NCBI GenBank assembly: GCA_964449815.1 | Contig: CAYVGC010000001.1 | Location: forward strand, 15,361-79,360 | DNA: 64,000 bases | Direction: 5' to 3' | Origin: an uncultured Bifidobacteriaceae bacterium | GTDB lineage: Bacteria > Verrucomicrobiota > Verrucomicrobiia > Limisphaerales > UBA11358 | Shown: piece after piece, positions 25,156 through 35,433 of the stretch | Numbering within the stretch: position 1 is the first letter of the stretch | How the letters are laid out: every line of letters starts with the position of its first letter | Position numbers and translations under genes: made by a program | The notes under the pieces: generated by a model | The model's input: only the letters and a program-made list of their open reading frames with translations | What the model was told of the DNA's origin: nothing | Databases searched by the model: none

Positions 25156-26688
25156 ATGAAAAAAATCGGTGCCAGTTTGTTTTTTGCCGTCCTCGTGTCG
25201 GCGGCGGTTGCGCAGACCAACGCGCCGGTGACGCGCGCGCTGTCGTTGCAGGATTGTCTGGCGGAAGCGCTCAAGCACAACTTCGACGTGCGCGTGGAGC
25301 GTTACGAGCCGGAGAAATCTCTGTTCAATCTGCATGCGGCTTATGCGGGCTACGATCCGACACTGAGCCTTTCCGGCTCGCACAACCACAGCGACCTTGG
25401 CGGCCCAATTGCACCCGGCCAGATTACATATTTTACAAATTTCAACAACGTAGTTCTAACCAACATTTCGGGCAATGGCATTTCAGTTAATGACAACGAT
25501 TCTTTTAATACCAGTTTAGGCGGTTCGTTGCCGTCAGGAGCGACGTATTCCTTGGGCGGAAATGTCACGAAGAATTATGACACGGGCGGGGCGGACTATT
25601 CCTCCGGCAGCGTCGGCGCGCTGAACCTGTCCCAGCCGTTGCTGAAGAATTTTTGGATTGATGAAACGCGGCTGAACATCAGCGCCGCCAAAAACCAGTT
25701 GAAATATTCCGAACAGGGTTTGCGCCAGCAGCTCATCACCACGGTTGCGGCGGTGGAAAATGCGTTCTATGAACTCATCTATGCCCATGAAAATGTGAAG
25801 GTGCAGCAGGAGGCGCTGAATCTGGCGCAGACGCAGCTCGATGAAGACAATCAGCGGGTGCAAATCAAGGTGATCGCCGAACGCGGCGGGACGATTGAGC
25901 AGGACGAGGCGCAGGTGGCGCAGAGCCGCGCGAATTTGATCGCCGCGCAGTTCACGCTCGCCTCGGACGAAAACACGATGAAGAATCTGATCACGGACAA
26001 TTACATTCAAATGCATGGCGTGGACATCAAACCGGCGGCGACGCTGGAGGCCGTGCGGCAGCTATTTGACGTGCAGGACAGTTGGAGCAAGGGGCTGGTG
26101 GCGCGGCCGGATTTATTGCAGGCCAAGCTGACGCTGGAGCAACAGGGCATCCAGTTGAAATATGACCGGAACCAGCTTTTCCCGCAGCTCGACCTCACGG
26201 GCAGCTACGGCTACAACGGGGCCGGCCAGGGATTCGGCGATGCCTTGGACCAATACGGCGCGGCCAACCGTCCGTTTTACAGCTACGGCGGGCAGATGTC
26301 CGTGCCGTTGAGCCATGTCGGGGCGCGCAACGCTTTGAAGGCGGACAAGGCCGTCGAACAGCAAGATCTGCTCAAGCTCAAGCAGCTCGAACAAAACATC
26401 ATGGTGCAGATTGACAACGCGGTGAAACAGGCGCAGTCCGCCTGGGAAAGCGTGGATGCCACGAAACATCAGCGCATTTATGCCGAAGCCGCGCTCGACG
26501 CCGAACAGAAAAAATATGCCGTCGGCAAAAGCACCACGTTCACCGTGCTGCAACTGCAGAACAATCTCACGTCCGCGCGGTCGCAGGAAATCCGCTCGCT
26601 GGCCAATTACAACGAGGCGCTTTCCAATCTCGCCCAGCAGGAAGGCACCACGCTTGAGCGCCGGAATCTGGATGTGACGGTGAAATGA
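25156..26688 (+). CDS. TolC-family outer-membrane efflux protein
   Basis: Signal peptide MKKIGASLFFAVLVSAAVAQ, the LSLQDCLAEALKHNFD opening typical of the OEP family, and duplicated coiled-coil/beta-barrel repeats. Confidence 0.85.
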   Translation: MKKIGASLFFAVLVSAAVAQTNAPVTRALSLQDCLAEALKHNFDVRVERYEPEKSLFNLHAAYAGYDPTLSLSGSHNHSDLGGPIAPGQITYFTNFNNVVLTNISGNGISVNDNDSFNTSLGGSLPSGATYSLGGNVTKNYDTGGADYSSGSVGALNLSQPLLKNFWIDETRLNISAAKNQLKYSEQGLRQQLITTVAAVENAFYELIYAHENVKVQQEALNLAQTQLDEDNQRVQIKVIAERGGTIEQDEAQVAQSRANLIAAQFTLASDENTMKNLITDNYIQMHGVDIKPAATLEAVRQLFDVQDSWSKGLVARPDLLQAKLTLEQQGIQLKYDRNQLFPQLDLTGSYGYNGAGQGFGDALDQYGAANRPFYSYGGQMSVPLSHVGARNALKADKAVEQQDLLKLKQLEQNIMVQIDNAVKQAQSAWESVDATKHQRIYAEAALDAEQKKYAVGKSTTFTVLQLQNNLTSARSQEIRSLANYNEALSNLAQQEGTTLERRNLDVTVK

Positions 26689-26766
26689 AACTGGTGCCGG
26701 GCCGTTGCATCGAAAAGCGTTAAGGCGGGTGCGCTTTTCCGATTTAACAATTCAACAATTTGGCGT

Positions 26767-27474
26767 TCACCAAAAATTCCACGCGCCGCTCCAGACGACC
26801 CAGCAGCCGAGCAGAAAATTCGTGATGGCGTGCGCCGTCATCGCGTCGCCGAGCCGGTTTTTCCGCAGCACCAGCCATTGATACGCCAGGCCGCACAAGA
26901 TTCCCGCGAACCATTCGTTGTGCGAAAAGCCGAACACCGCCGCCGTCGCCAGAAATGGCAGCGGCAGAAAACGGTTCAGCGGCACGGCCAGAAAATTCTG
27001 GCTGGCGATGTAGCGATACAAAAACGAGCGGTAGAATATTTCCTCCAACGGCGGCACGATGAAGGTTGATCCGAGAATCCGCACCGCCACCAACAGCCAC
27101 GCGAGCGCGGAGCCGGCGCCGAATTGTTCGTTGGGATTCCACATCAACGCAGGTTTTGCCGGCGAATGCGAAATTCCGATTTTTATCCAGAGAGAATTCT
27201 GCGTCGTCCAGTCGCCGTTGACGCCAACCCAGATCACAAAAATTCCGCCTCCGATGAGCACCGCTTCCCAACTGAACGCCCAGCGCATTTCCGTGACAAG
27301 CGGGCGGATCTCACAAATGAGCCACAGCCCGGCGAGTGTTTTGGCCAGGTAAAACCAGTAGGCCGAGGCCGCGCCGAATTTTCCCTGCGCGGCGGTGAGC
27401 AGGAGGAAAATGACGAACGGCGCAACCCGCGCCGCCAGCGGCGAACTGGAAAGAGCTTTTCTCAACGGGGTCAC
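26767..27474 (-). CDS. CPBP-family intramembrane glutamic endopeptidase (CAAX protease-like)
   Basis: PPLEEIFYRSFLYRY (EExxxR), FGFSHNEW and AHAITNF motifs in a polytopic membrane protein. The GTG start lies 1 nt after the upstream gene's stop. Confidence 0.85.
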   Translation of the reverse strand: MTPLRKALSSSPLAARVAPFVIFLLLTAAQGKFGAASAYWFYLAKTLAGLWLICEIRPLVTEMRWAFSWEAVLIGGGIFVIWVGVNGDWTTQNSLWIKIGISHSPAKPALMWNPNEQFGAGSALAWLLVAVRILGSTFIVPPLEEIFYRSFLYRYIASQNFLAVPLNRFLPLPFLATAAVFGFSHNEWFAGILCGLAYQWLVLRKNRLGDAMTAHAITNFLLGCWVVWSGAWNFW

Positions 27475-27475
27475 G

Positions 27476-27967
27476 TCAATGGTCCAGGCCGATCTGGATT
27501 TCCTTCTTGTCCGGCCCGATGAACGTCACGGCGAATTTGGAAATGGACTTGACGTGATATTCGTAGAACTGGTCGCCGGGGCGGACGGTTTTGCCATTCA
27601 CGATTGCAGACGGGTTGGTGGGCGAATAGAAAATCCCCTGCAACTTGGGCACGAAAGGCGGGTTGGCCGGCGGCGGGGCGGCAGCCGGATGTGAAATTTG
27701 GGCGACCGTTTGCGTCGCTGCTGTCTGTGTCGCGATTGTTTGCGCGGCGACCGGTTCAGGCGCGTTGCCGGTGATGCGGACGGTGTGGTGCGCCACAGCC
27801 CAGCCGATGAAAAAAATCGCGGCCGCAATCAGGAGGATCACCATCGCCGCCAGCAGCCACGCGGCCACCGGCGCATCGGCGGCCGGCTGGAGCGGCGGCA
27901 GCGCGCTGGGCGTGTTGCGCGGCGGTGCTTTCCGCGCCTGCTTCAGGGCGTCGTTGATGAGGCTCAT
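27476..27967 (-). CDS. GspB/ExeB-like membrane protein
   Basis: MSLINDALKQARK N-terminus (compare MSYILDALRKAE of GspB), a single TM, a Pro/Ala/Thr/Gln-rich linker, and a C-terminal beta domain (PKLQGIFYSPTNPSAIVNGKTVRPGDQF...). The ATG at 27967 was chosen because the longer track ORF overlaps the exeA-like gene. Confidence 0.6.
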   Translation of the reverse strand: MSLINDALKQARKAPPRNTPSALPPLQPAADAPVAAWLLAAMVILLIAAAIFFIGWAVAHHTVRITGNAPEPVAAQTIATQTAATQTVAQISHPAAAPPPANPPFVPKLQGIFYSPTNPSAIVNGKTVRPGDQFYEYHVKSISKFAVTFIGPDKKEIQIGLDH

Positions 27968-28061
27968 GCGTTTTTGGAGTGAAAAGGTGCAGATTGAAGG
28001 TTGCCGACCGCACTGAAACCGGCAACCTTCAATCTGCGGCTTTGAACTTGCAACCGGTGTT

Positions 28062-28877
28062 TCATGTGTGAATGTTTCCTTCCAGTTCGCGGACGGCCCG
28101 TCCCACCATCCGGTAATTGATCCGGTGGCTGCGCTCGACGAACCCCGCGAGCAGGGCCTTGTCGCAAACCGCGTTGACGAGCCGCGGGATGCCGTGGCTG
28201 TATCCGAAAACGCGCCAGATGGCCGGTGCGGTGAAGGTCGGCATGCCATGCGAGCCGGCCAGCGCCAGCCGGTGGTGAATATACTGGCCGACCTCGTTCC
28301 GCGTCAACGGATTCAAATGATACCGCACGGTGATGCGCTGGCGCAGCTGCCGGAGCTGGTGGCTGTTCAAGCGGTCACGCAGTTCGGGCTGGCCCATCAA
28401 GACAATCTGCAACAGCTTGCGGTCGTCGGTCTCGATGTTCGAGATCAACCGCACCTGTTCGAGCAGGTCTTCCGTCAGATTTTGCGCCTCGTCCACGATC
28501 AAGACCGTTTCTTTGCCCGCCAGCGTCTGTTTCAGCAAAAAATCGCTGATGGCCGCGATGGTTTCCATCCGGTCAAGCCCTTTGACGTTCAGGCCGTATT
28601 CCGTCGCGATGGCCCGCATCAGCTCGTCGCCGTTCAGCACCGGGTTCATGATCAGCGCGGTGGAGTAGTGTCCGTCGAGCTGTTCCAGCAAGGCCCGGCA
28701 CAAGGTCGTCTTGCCCGCGCCGACCTCGCCGGTGAGCTGCACAAATCCCTTGCGCTCGCGGATGCCGTAGAGCAGATGATTGAACGCCTCGCGGTGCTTG
28801 GTGCTGTGAAAAAGGAAGCGCGGGTTCGGCGTGATGTCGAACGGCGATTGCTTCAATCCATAAAACTCCAGATACAC
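28062..28877 (-). CDS. ExeA/GspA-like AAA ATPase (PEP-CTERM-locus secretion ATPase type)
   Basis: FYGLKQSPFDITPNPRFLF opening, P-loop GEVGAGKTTL, and a VDEAQNL box. Confidence 0.85.
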   Translation of the reverse strand: MYLEFYGLKQSPFDITPNPRFLFHSTKHREAFNHLLYGIRERKGFVQLTGEVGAGKTTLCRALLEQLDGHYSTALIMNPVLNGDELMRAIATEYGLNVKGLDRMETIAAISDFLLKQTLAGKETVLIVDEAQNLTEDLLEQVRLISNIETDDRKLLQIVLMGQPELRDRLNSHQLRQLRQRITVRYHLNPLTRNEVGQYIHHRLALAGSHGMPTFTAPAIWRVFGYSHGIPRLVNAVCDKALLAGFVERSHRINYRMVGRAVRELEGNIHT

Positions 28878-28977
28878 GCTGGGTATTTAACAAAAAACAA
28901 TTGGCGCCGCAAAGGAAAGGTTTCCGGAGGCCCGGGCGGTCAATTGCCGAGGTGCTCGGTGACGGCGAAAATGGCGC

Positions 28978-30111
28978 TTACAAAAGCTTCCGCGCCGCCT
29001 TGACCAGCGCCGCCGCCTCCGCCGGCGTGCCAATCGAGATGCGCAGAAAGTCCTTCACCTCCGGCGCGCTGAACCAGCGCACCAGAATTTTTTTGGCGCG
29101 CAATTTTTGCAGCCAGTCCTCGGCCGTGGACGACGGAGGCCTGGCCAGAATGAAATTTGTCTGGCTCGGCCGCACAAGAAAACCCAGCGCCGTCAGCTCG
29201 CGCGTCAGCCATTCCCGCGTCGCGATGATCTTCTGAAAATTGGCCCGGTAATAATCCAGCTCGTCGAGCGTCGCCTCGGCGGCGATCTGGCCGAGGCCGT
29301 TTACGTTGTAGCTGTCGCGGATTTTGTTCAGCGCCGCGATGAGCTCGGCGTGGCCGACAAGATAGCCGACCCGCTGGAAGCACAGCGAATACGCCTTTGA
29401 AAACGTCCGCGCCACGAGCACCTGCGGATGTTTTACAGCCAGCGTCAGCGCGTTCTCCGCCGCGAAATCCACATACGCCTCGTCCAGCACCACGACGCCC
29501 CTTTTTTGCGCGCGGCAAAGCGTCTCCAGCGCGGAAGTTTTGTAGCCGCGCCCGCTGGGGGCGTTTGGCGTGGTCACCAGCGTGAGCGCCGCGCCAAAGT
29601 CCCACTGCTTGCCGCGTTTCAACTCCGCCAGGCCTGGCAAATCGAAATCCATTTTGAGCGGCACCCCATTTTTCGCCGCACCGTGGATGTCCGCCAGCAC
29701 CGGATACAGCGAATAGCTCGGTGTGAAATACTGCACCGTCGCCCTGGACCGGATGGCCTGTTTTCCGAAGATGGAGATGGCGTTCAGCCCCTTGTTCGGC
29801 TCCACAAACGCCCGCACCGCCAGCGCCAGCACTTCATCCGAGCCGTTGCCGACGAGGATGTTTTCCGGCTGGCAGCCGTGCAGCTTCGCCAGCTTTTCGC
29901 GCAACGCCTTCGCCGTCGGGTTCGGATACAGCCGCAGCCGGCCGTCCACCGCCGCCTTGACGGCCGCCAGCACGCGCGGCGCCGGCGGATATGGATTCTC
30001 GTTCGTGTTGAGCTTGATCAAGCCTTTGATCTTCGGCTGCTCGCCCGGCACATAGGCGTGCAGGCTGCGAACCAGCGGCCGGATCAAATCTTCTGGCGGT
30101 GGCGGTGACAT
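28978..30111 (-). CDS. hisC: Histidinol-phosphate aminotransferase
   Basis: LNTNENPYPP, NGSDE, and a class-II aminotransferase PLP region (TFSKAYSL). Confidence 0.92.
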   Translation of the reverse strand: MSPPPPEDLIRPLVRSLHAYVPGEQPKIKGLIKLNTNENPYPPAPRVLAAVKAAVDGRLRLYPNPTAKALREKLAKLHGCQPENILVGNGSDEVLALAVRAFVEPNKGLNAISIFGKQAIRSRATVQYFTPSYSLYPVLADIHGAAKNGVPLKMDFDLPGLAELKRGKQWDFGAALTLVTTPNAPSGRGYKTSALETLCRAQKRGVVVLDEAYVDFAAENALTLAVKHPQVLVARTFSKAYSLCFQRVGYLVGHAELIAALNKIRDSYNVNGLGQIAAEATLDELDYYRANFQKIIATREWLTRELTALGFLVRPSQTNFILARPPSSTAEDWLQKLRAKKILVRWFSAPEVKDFLRISIGTPAEAAALVKAARKLL

Positions 30112-30412
30112 GGAGATATTTCAAACGAAAAGCGGGGGAAAGTCGAGCTTGTGTCTGGCTTCCGCGAAAGCCACAGAGTTCTCCGCACCAGCGCCAGCCA
30201 GCGCCGCGAAGCTGCCGGCCTGAGGGAAGCCGGCCCGCCCGGAAAATCTGTTTGACCGGCCTTGACCGGAGCGTCATGCTCGAAAGAGTGATTCAGAAAA
30301 AATCGGCCATTCGTTTTGGAGTGATTTGCTGGATCGGACTCGAGATTTCAGTTCACGCTCAAATCTACAGCAATGGCATCCACCGCGGATTTCAACTGTG
30401 AGTCTCACGCTT

Positions 30413-31141
30413 TCAAATTTTCTCCCGGCCGCGATGCTGCCGCCACTCGTGCAGGCCACAGGCACCCAACAAGCTAATGGCGGAAATCACTCCGCATGTG
30501 GCGGGTTCAGGCACGGCGGCGATGCCGGTGATTTCAAAATCATCCACGCGCGACGTCCCGGTGGTTTTAACCGAACCGCCGCCGGCGGCGGCGGTGCTGG
30601 CATCAATCAGTTGGAAATAAACCGCACTGTCGTTGTTGACCGCCGCGATGGAGGACAGATCAAAGTCCAAGATAGTGGCCTTCTGTGTCCCACTGCTGCT
30701 GCTCCAATCGGTTGTGCCCACCGTGTAGGTATCACCTGCGATGTCAAAATAGGTTTTCCCGTCGGTGCTGTAAGCAAGCTCAAATGCCGATGGTCCCGTA
30801 GAACTGCTTGTTTGTTCAAATGTTACAACAATATCCTTGTAGCCAAGAGTAGTTGTCTTAAATTGAAAATAATCTGCAACCGCCCAGTGGTCAGCGCTGA
30901 AAGAATGGAGCGTTCCGCAATTGCCTTGAGGCGAAGACCAAAGGGTTGCCGAACTGGCGTGAAATCCCGATGCAGTGCTGGTGTCAGCATTGATCCCATT
31001 TTCCGCTGTGATTCCGCCAATCGCAGTTCCATATCCGTTCGGTGCGCTGGTATCAAACGTCCAATCTGCCATGACATCCGCCTTGGTCAAACCGGCCAGG
31101 CAGAGCAAACCGACCGCTGCCACAACTTTTTTCATAACCAT
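30413..31141 (-). CDS. PEP-CTERM sorting-domain secreted protein
   Basis: Signal peptide (MKKVVAAVGLLCLAGLTKA) and a C-terminal VPEPATCGVISAISLLGACGL followed by the basic tail HEWRQHRGREK, giving the PEP motif, TM and Arg-rich tail. The gene is lower in GC than its neighbours. Confidence 0.85.
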   Translation of the reverse strand: MVMKKVVAAVGLLCLAGLTKADVMADWTFDTSAPNGYGTAIGGITAENGINADTSTASGFHASSATLWSSPQGNCGTLHSFSADHWAVADYFQFKTTTLGYKDIVVTFEQTSSSTGPSAFELAYSTDGKTYFDIAGDTYTVGTTDWSSSSGTQKATILDFDLSSIAAVNNDSAVYFQLIDASTAAAGGGSVKTTGTSRVDDFEITGIAAVPEPATCGVISAISLLGACGLHEWRQHRGREKI

Positions 31142-31798
31142 TCCCCATCTCTTCTGATTAAATGCGCTTGGTTAACGTTCCACTTACTGCCAGCTTAATG
31201 GCTGGGGCTCCAGGCACGTCAACCTGCCGTTTCTAATCAGCTATGTTTAAGTTTTTACAGTTTCTGCACCTGAAACCACCTACTAAGATAGATAACAATC
31301 TTGCTCCCACCCCGCGAAAATTGCAACCATAAAACGAAGCGTCTTAAAAGTATAAGTCGTAAATATATTCAGGTTCATAAAATCTTTTCCGTGTGCTATC
31401 GGCTGGATGCATGGCGCAACTGTTCCGCAGCGTGGGGCTTGAGCATGATGGCAGCATTTGAAGTGTGTGAAGCATATTGGCTGGCCCCGTCCCCACACCC
31501 ATTGACGCCGGGGTCCCGCCGGGTTTCGTTTGCCGCCGGCGATCCCAGACCTGGGAAATTTCAGGCAGCTTTGCGCGCTTTTTACCGCCGCCTCGCTCCG
31601 CTCCGGCGGACCAGCGGCCAGTTCAGGCGTCTGATGCTTGGAAAGCTTGCGCGGCCGGCTGTCCAGCCTTAACATGCCCCTTGGAATTCACTTTTTTTGA
31701 ACATTTTTTCCGCAGCCTGTCTGATATGAAAAAAGTGTCTGACGATTTTGCGGCCATTGATTTTTTTGATGTCACACGTTTGAATAGTCACAATCGAA

Positions 31799-32755
31799 AT
31801 GATTAAAGTAGAGAATCTGACCAAGATATTCGGAACCAAGCGCGCGGTGGACGGAGTTTCCTTCACCGTGGGGCGCGGTGAAGTCCTGGGATTCCTCGGG
31901 CCGAACGGCGCGGGCAAATCCACCACCATGCGGATGCTTACCGGCTTTCTCCCGCCCAGCAGCGGGAAGGTGACCGTGGGCGGCTATGACCTGGCGGAGC
32001 ATCCCATCCCGGCGAAAAGGCTCCTCGGCTACCTGCCGGAAAGCGCGCCGGCCTACACGGACATGACGGTCTATGGCTTTCTGGATTTCGCGGCGGAAAT
32101 CCGCGGCCTGCGTGGCGACGCGAAGAAGTCCGCCATCAACCGCGTGGTGGATTTGTGCTTCCTTAAATCCGTCCTGCATCAAAACGTGGACACGCTTTCC
32201 AAGGGCTATCGGCACCGCACCTGTTTCGCACAGTCCATCATCCACGACCCGGACATTCTGGTGCTCGACGAGCCGACGGACGGCCTCGATCCGAATCAAA
32301 AGCACGAAATCCGGCAGCTCATCCGCAAAATGGGCGAAACGAAGGCGATCATCTTTTCCACGCATATTCTCGAGGAAGTGGATGCCGTCTGCACACGGGC
32401 GATGATCATTGATCGCGGCAAAATGGTGGCGAACGGCACGCCGGAGGAATTGCGGCGCAAGTCGGAATGGGCGGGCGCGGTGACGTTGCGCGTGCACGGC
32501 GTGGCGGCTACCGCCGTGCAGGAGAAATTAAATCATTTGCGTGCCGCCAAAAAAATTATGACTGCGACCAATGGCAATCGCGTGACGGTGACGGTGTTTC
32601 CGCGCACAGCGGGCGACGGCGATCTGACCCGCGAAGTCATCGAGGCCACGAACGGCTGGCAGGTGGAGGAATTACGCACGGAGGAAGGCCGGCTGGATGA
32701 AGTCTTCCGCAGCATCACCATGCCGGACACGGCCGGCAAGGAGGCAAAACCATGA
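31799..32755 (+). CDS. ABC transporter ATP-binding protein (GldA-like)
   Basis: Walker A GPNGAGKST, signature LSKGYRHR, and Walker B ILVLDEPT. Confidence 0.9.
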   Translation: MIKVENLTKIFGTKRAVDGVSFTVGRGEVLGFLGPNGAGKSTTMRMLTGFLPPSSGKVTVGGYDLAEHPIPAKRLLGYLPESAPAYTDMTVYGFLDFAAEIRGLRGDAKKSAINRVVDLCFLKSVLHQNVDTLSKGYRHRTCFAQSIIHDPDILVLDEPTDGLDPNQKHEIRQLIRKMGETKAIIFSTHILEEVDAVCTRAMIIDRGKMVANGTPEELRRKSEWAGAVTLRVHGVAATAVQEKLNHLRAAKKIMTATNGNRVTVTVFPRTAGDGDLTREVIEATNGWQVEELRTEEGRLDEVFRSITMPDTAGKEAKP

Positions 32756-33504
32756 ACGGACCGGGCATCATCAAGACCATCGCGAAACGCGAGCTGCTGG
32801 CGTATTTTTCATCGCCGGTGGCGTATGTGTTCATCGTCATTTTTCTGCTGCTGAACGGATTCTTCACGTTCATGGTCGGCGGCTTTTTCGAACGCGGCGA
32901 GGCGTCGCTGGCCAATTCGTTCTTCATGTGGCAGCCGTGGTTTTATCTGTTTCTTGTGCCGGCGGTCGGCATGAGATTGTGGGCGGAGGAACGGCGCGTC
33001 GGCACGCTCGAATTATTGCTGACCATGCCCATCGCGCCATGGGAGGCCATCGTCGGCAAGTTCATCGCGTCGTGGCTGTTTCTCGGACTCGCGCTGCTGC
33101 TCACATTCCCGGTGGTGCTGACGGTGAACTATCTCGGCAGCCCGGACAACGGCGTCATCTTCGCGGCGTATGTCGGGAGCTGGCTGATGGCGGGCGCGTA
33201 TCTGGCGGTGAGCTGCATCACGTCGGCCATCACGCGCAGCCAGGTGGTGAGCTTCATCATCTCGGTCGTGGCTTGCTTGTTTTTGATTCTCGCGGGCTTC
33301 CCGCCGGTCATCAATTTATTGCAAAGCCTGACGAACAACTGGCAATGGCTCGTGGATGTGATCACGTCGTTCAGCGTCATCACGCATTTTGAAGGCTTTC
33401 AAAAAGGCGTGCTCGACTCCCGCGACATCATTTTCTTTTTGTCGGTGATCGGGTTTTCGCTGTTCACCACCAGCGTGATTCTGCGCACGCACCGCACCAG
33501 CTAA
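32752..33504 (+). CDS. ABC-2 type permease (GldF-like)
   Basis: Six predicted TM helices. It opens IAKRELLAYFSSPVAYVFI, typical of ABC-2/GldF permeases. ATGA overlap with the ATPase gene. Confidence 0.8.
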   Translation: MNGPGIIKTIAKRELLAYFSSPVAYVFIVIFLLLNGFFTFMVGGFFERGEASLANSFFMWQPWFYLFLVPAVGMRLWAEERRVGTLELLLTMPIAPWEAIVGKFIASWLFLGLALLLTFPVVLTVNYLGSPDNGVIFAAYVGSWLMAGAYLAVSCITSAITRSQVVSFIISVVACLFLILAGFPPVINLLQSLTNNWQWLVDVITSFSVITHFEGFQKGVLDSRDIIFFLSVIGFSLFTTSVILRTHRTS

Positions 33505-33532
33505 TTTCGTCCCATGCAATTTCGTCCCATGC
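33503..33532. repeat. Perfect 15-bp tandem duplication spanning the gldG-like start codon
   Basis: aatttcgtcccatgc occurs twice (33503..33517 and 33518..33532), giving ATGs at 33514 and 33529. Confidence 0.9.
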
Positions 33533-35433
33533 AAAAGAAGTCGCTCGAAACCATTCTCTATTCGTCGGCCGGCATCATCGTGATGCTGGTCATCATCATC
33601 GCCGTCAACGTCATCACCGGCGTGAAACCGGTGCGCGTGGACATGACGCAGGAAAAAGCCTTCACACTCTCCGACGGCACGAGGGCAATCTTGAAGAAAT
33701 TGGATACGCCGGTGAAAATCCGTTTCTACTGCACACAAAGCGAAACCGCCACGCCGGAAACCGTCTATCTGAAGGACTACGCCCGAAAAGTGGAAGACCT
33801 GTTGCAGGAATACAAACAGATCGCCGGGAAAAATCTCATCATTGAGAAATATGATCCACAGCCGGACTCGGACGCGGAAGATTCAGCGAAGCTCGACGGG
33901 CTTGAACCGCAACAAATACAAGGAGTTGATCAATTTTATCTCGGCCTCGCCGTTTCGCTGGCGGACGAGCGCGTGGCGCTGCCGTTTTTGGAGCCGAACC
34001 GCGAGAAACTGCTGGAATACGACATCACGCGGGCGATTGCGCGCGTGTTCACGCCCGAAAAACCGACGGTCGGCATCATGAGCGCGCTGCCGGTGTTCGG
34101 CGAAATGAGCAATCCGATGATGCAGCAGATGGGCCAGCAGGGCGCCCCGGAGTGGACGTTCGTTCAGCAATTGCAACAGGACTTCAACGTCAAGCACATC
34201 GAGCTGACGGCGGACAAAATTGACGACGACGTGAAAGTGCTGGCGGTCATTTTCCCAAAAGACATCTCCGACCGGGCGCAATTTGCGATTGACCAGTTCG
34301 TTCTGCGCGGCGGCAAGCTGATTGCCTTTCTGGATCCGCAATCCGCCCTCGCCAGCCGCCAAAGAAATCCGATGTCCGGCGAAATGGGCGGCACGTCGGC
34401 GTCGCTCGACAAATTGTTGAAGGCTTGGGGCATTTCCCTGGACACCAGCAAAGTCGTGGCCGACCTGAATTTCAAGATGGAGTTGCGCGGCCAGAACGGC
34501 CAGCCGACGGAGGCGCCGGCGTTCCTCGCGCTCACGCCCGACGGCATCAACCGCGACGACATCGTGACCAGCCAGATTGACAACATCTGGCTGCCGCTGT
34601 GCGGCGCGTTCACCGGCGAACCGGTCGCCGGTCTCAAGGAAACCGTGCTGCTCAACAGCACGAAAGAAGCCGAGTTGGTGGATGGTTTCATGGCGAGCAT
34701 GGGCGGCGAAAGTATTTTGAATGGATTCAAACCGACCGGGGTGAATTACAAGCTCGCCATCCGCCTGACTGGAAAATTCAAGACCGCTTTCCCCGACGGT
34801 CCGCCGGAAGACAAGACGGACTCCAGCAACACCAACAGCGCCGCCAAAGCCAATGATTCGCTGAAAGAGTCGAAGGTTGAAACGTCGGTGGTGCTGTTTG
34901 GCGATTCCGATTTGCTGGCGGATGATTTTTCACTGCGCAAAATGGAAAGTCCGTTCGGCGCGATGGTCAGCCCGATGAATGCGAATCTGGACCTGGCGCA
35001 GAATCTCGTCGAGCAGATGGCCGGCGACAGCAACCTCATCGGCGTGCGCAGCCGCGCGGCGTTGAGCCGGCCGTTCACGCTGGTGAAAAAGATGGAGGCC
35101 GAAGCCGAGGCGACCGGCCAGGCCAAGATCACGGAATTGCAGCAGAGCTTGCAGGAAACGCAGCAGCGTCTGGGCGAATTGCAGCAGCAAAAGAAAGACA
35201 AGGACCAGCGGTTCATCCTGTCGCCGGAGCAGAAGGCCGAGCTGGAAAATTTCCGCAAGAAGCAGGCGGAGGTCAGCAAGGAACTGAAACAGGCGCAGAA
35301 GGATTTGCGCAAGGAAGTCGTGTCGCTGGAGACCCGACTCGAATGGCTCAACATTCTGGCCATGCCGCTGGGCGTGACGGCGGCGGGCATCGGCATTGCA
35401 ATGATCAAACGGAAAAAAACTTCGGCAAAATGA
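33514..35433 (+). CDS. GldG-like ABC-transporter auxiliary protein
   Basis: N-terminal TM, then VDMTQEKAFTLSDGTRAILKKLDTPVKIRFY, typical of the GldG/ABC_transp_aux family, and a C-terminal TM anchor. The start is 33514 or 33529. Confidence 0.8.
   Translation: MQFRPMQKKSLETILYSSAGIIVMLVIIIAVNVITGVKPVRVDMTQEKAFTLSDGTRAILKKLDTPVKIRFYCTQSETATPETVYLKDYARKVEDLLQEYKQIAGKNLIIEKYDPQPDSDAEDSAKLDGLEPQQIQGVDQFYLGLAVSLADERVALPFLEPNREKLLEYDITRAIARVFTPEKPTVGIMSALPVFGEMSNPMMQQMGQQGAPEWTFVQQLQQDFNVKHIELTADKIDDDVKVLAVIFPKDISDRAQFAIDQFVLRGGKLIAFLDPQSALASRQRNPMSGEMGGTSASLDKLLKAWGISLDTSKVVADLNFKMELRGQNGQPTEAPAFLALTPDGINRDDIVTSQIDNIWLPLCGAFTGEPVAGLKETVLLNSTKEAELVDGFMASMGGESILNGFKPTGVNYKLAIRLTGKFKTAFPDGPPEDKTDSSNTNSAAKANDSLKESKVETSVVLFGDSDLLADDFSLRKMESPFGAMVSPMNANLDLAQNLVEQMAGDSNLIGVRSRAALSRPFTLVKKMEAEAEATGQAKITELQQSLQETQQRLGELQQQKKDKDQRFILSPEQKAELENFRKKQAEVSKELKQAQKDLRKEVVSLETRLEWLNILAMPLGVTAAGIGIAMIKRKKTSAK

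Noticed and set aside
31283-31675. ORFs of 123 to 130 aa on both strands between the PEP-CTERM gene and the ABC operon.
   Set aside because: They are mutually antisense with no motifs and non-coding-like composition. The region is more likely promoter or leader DNA.
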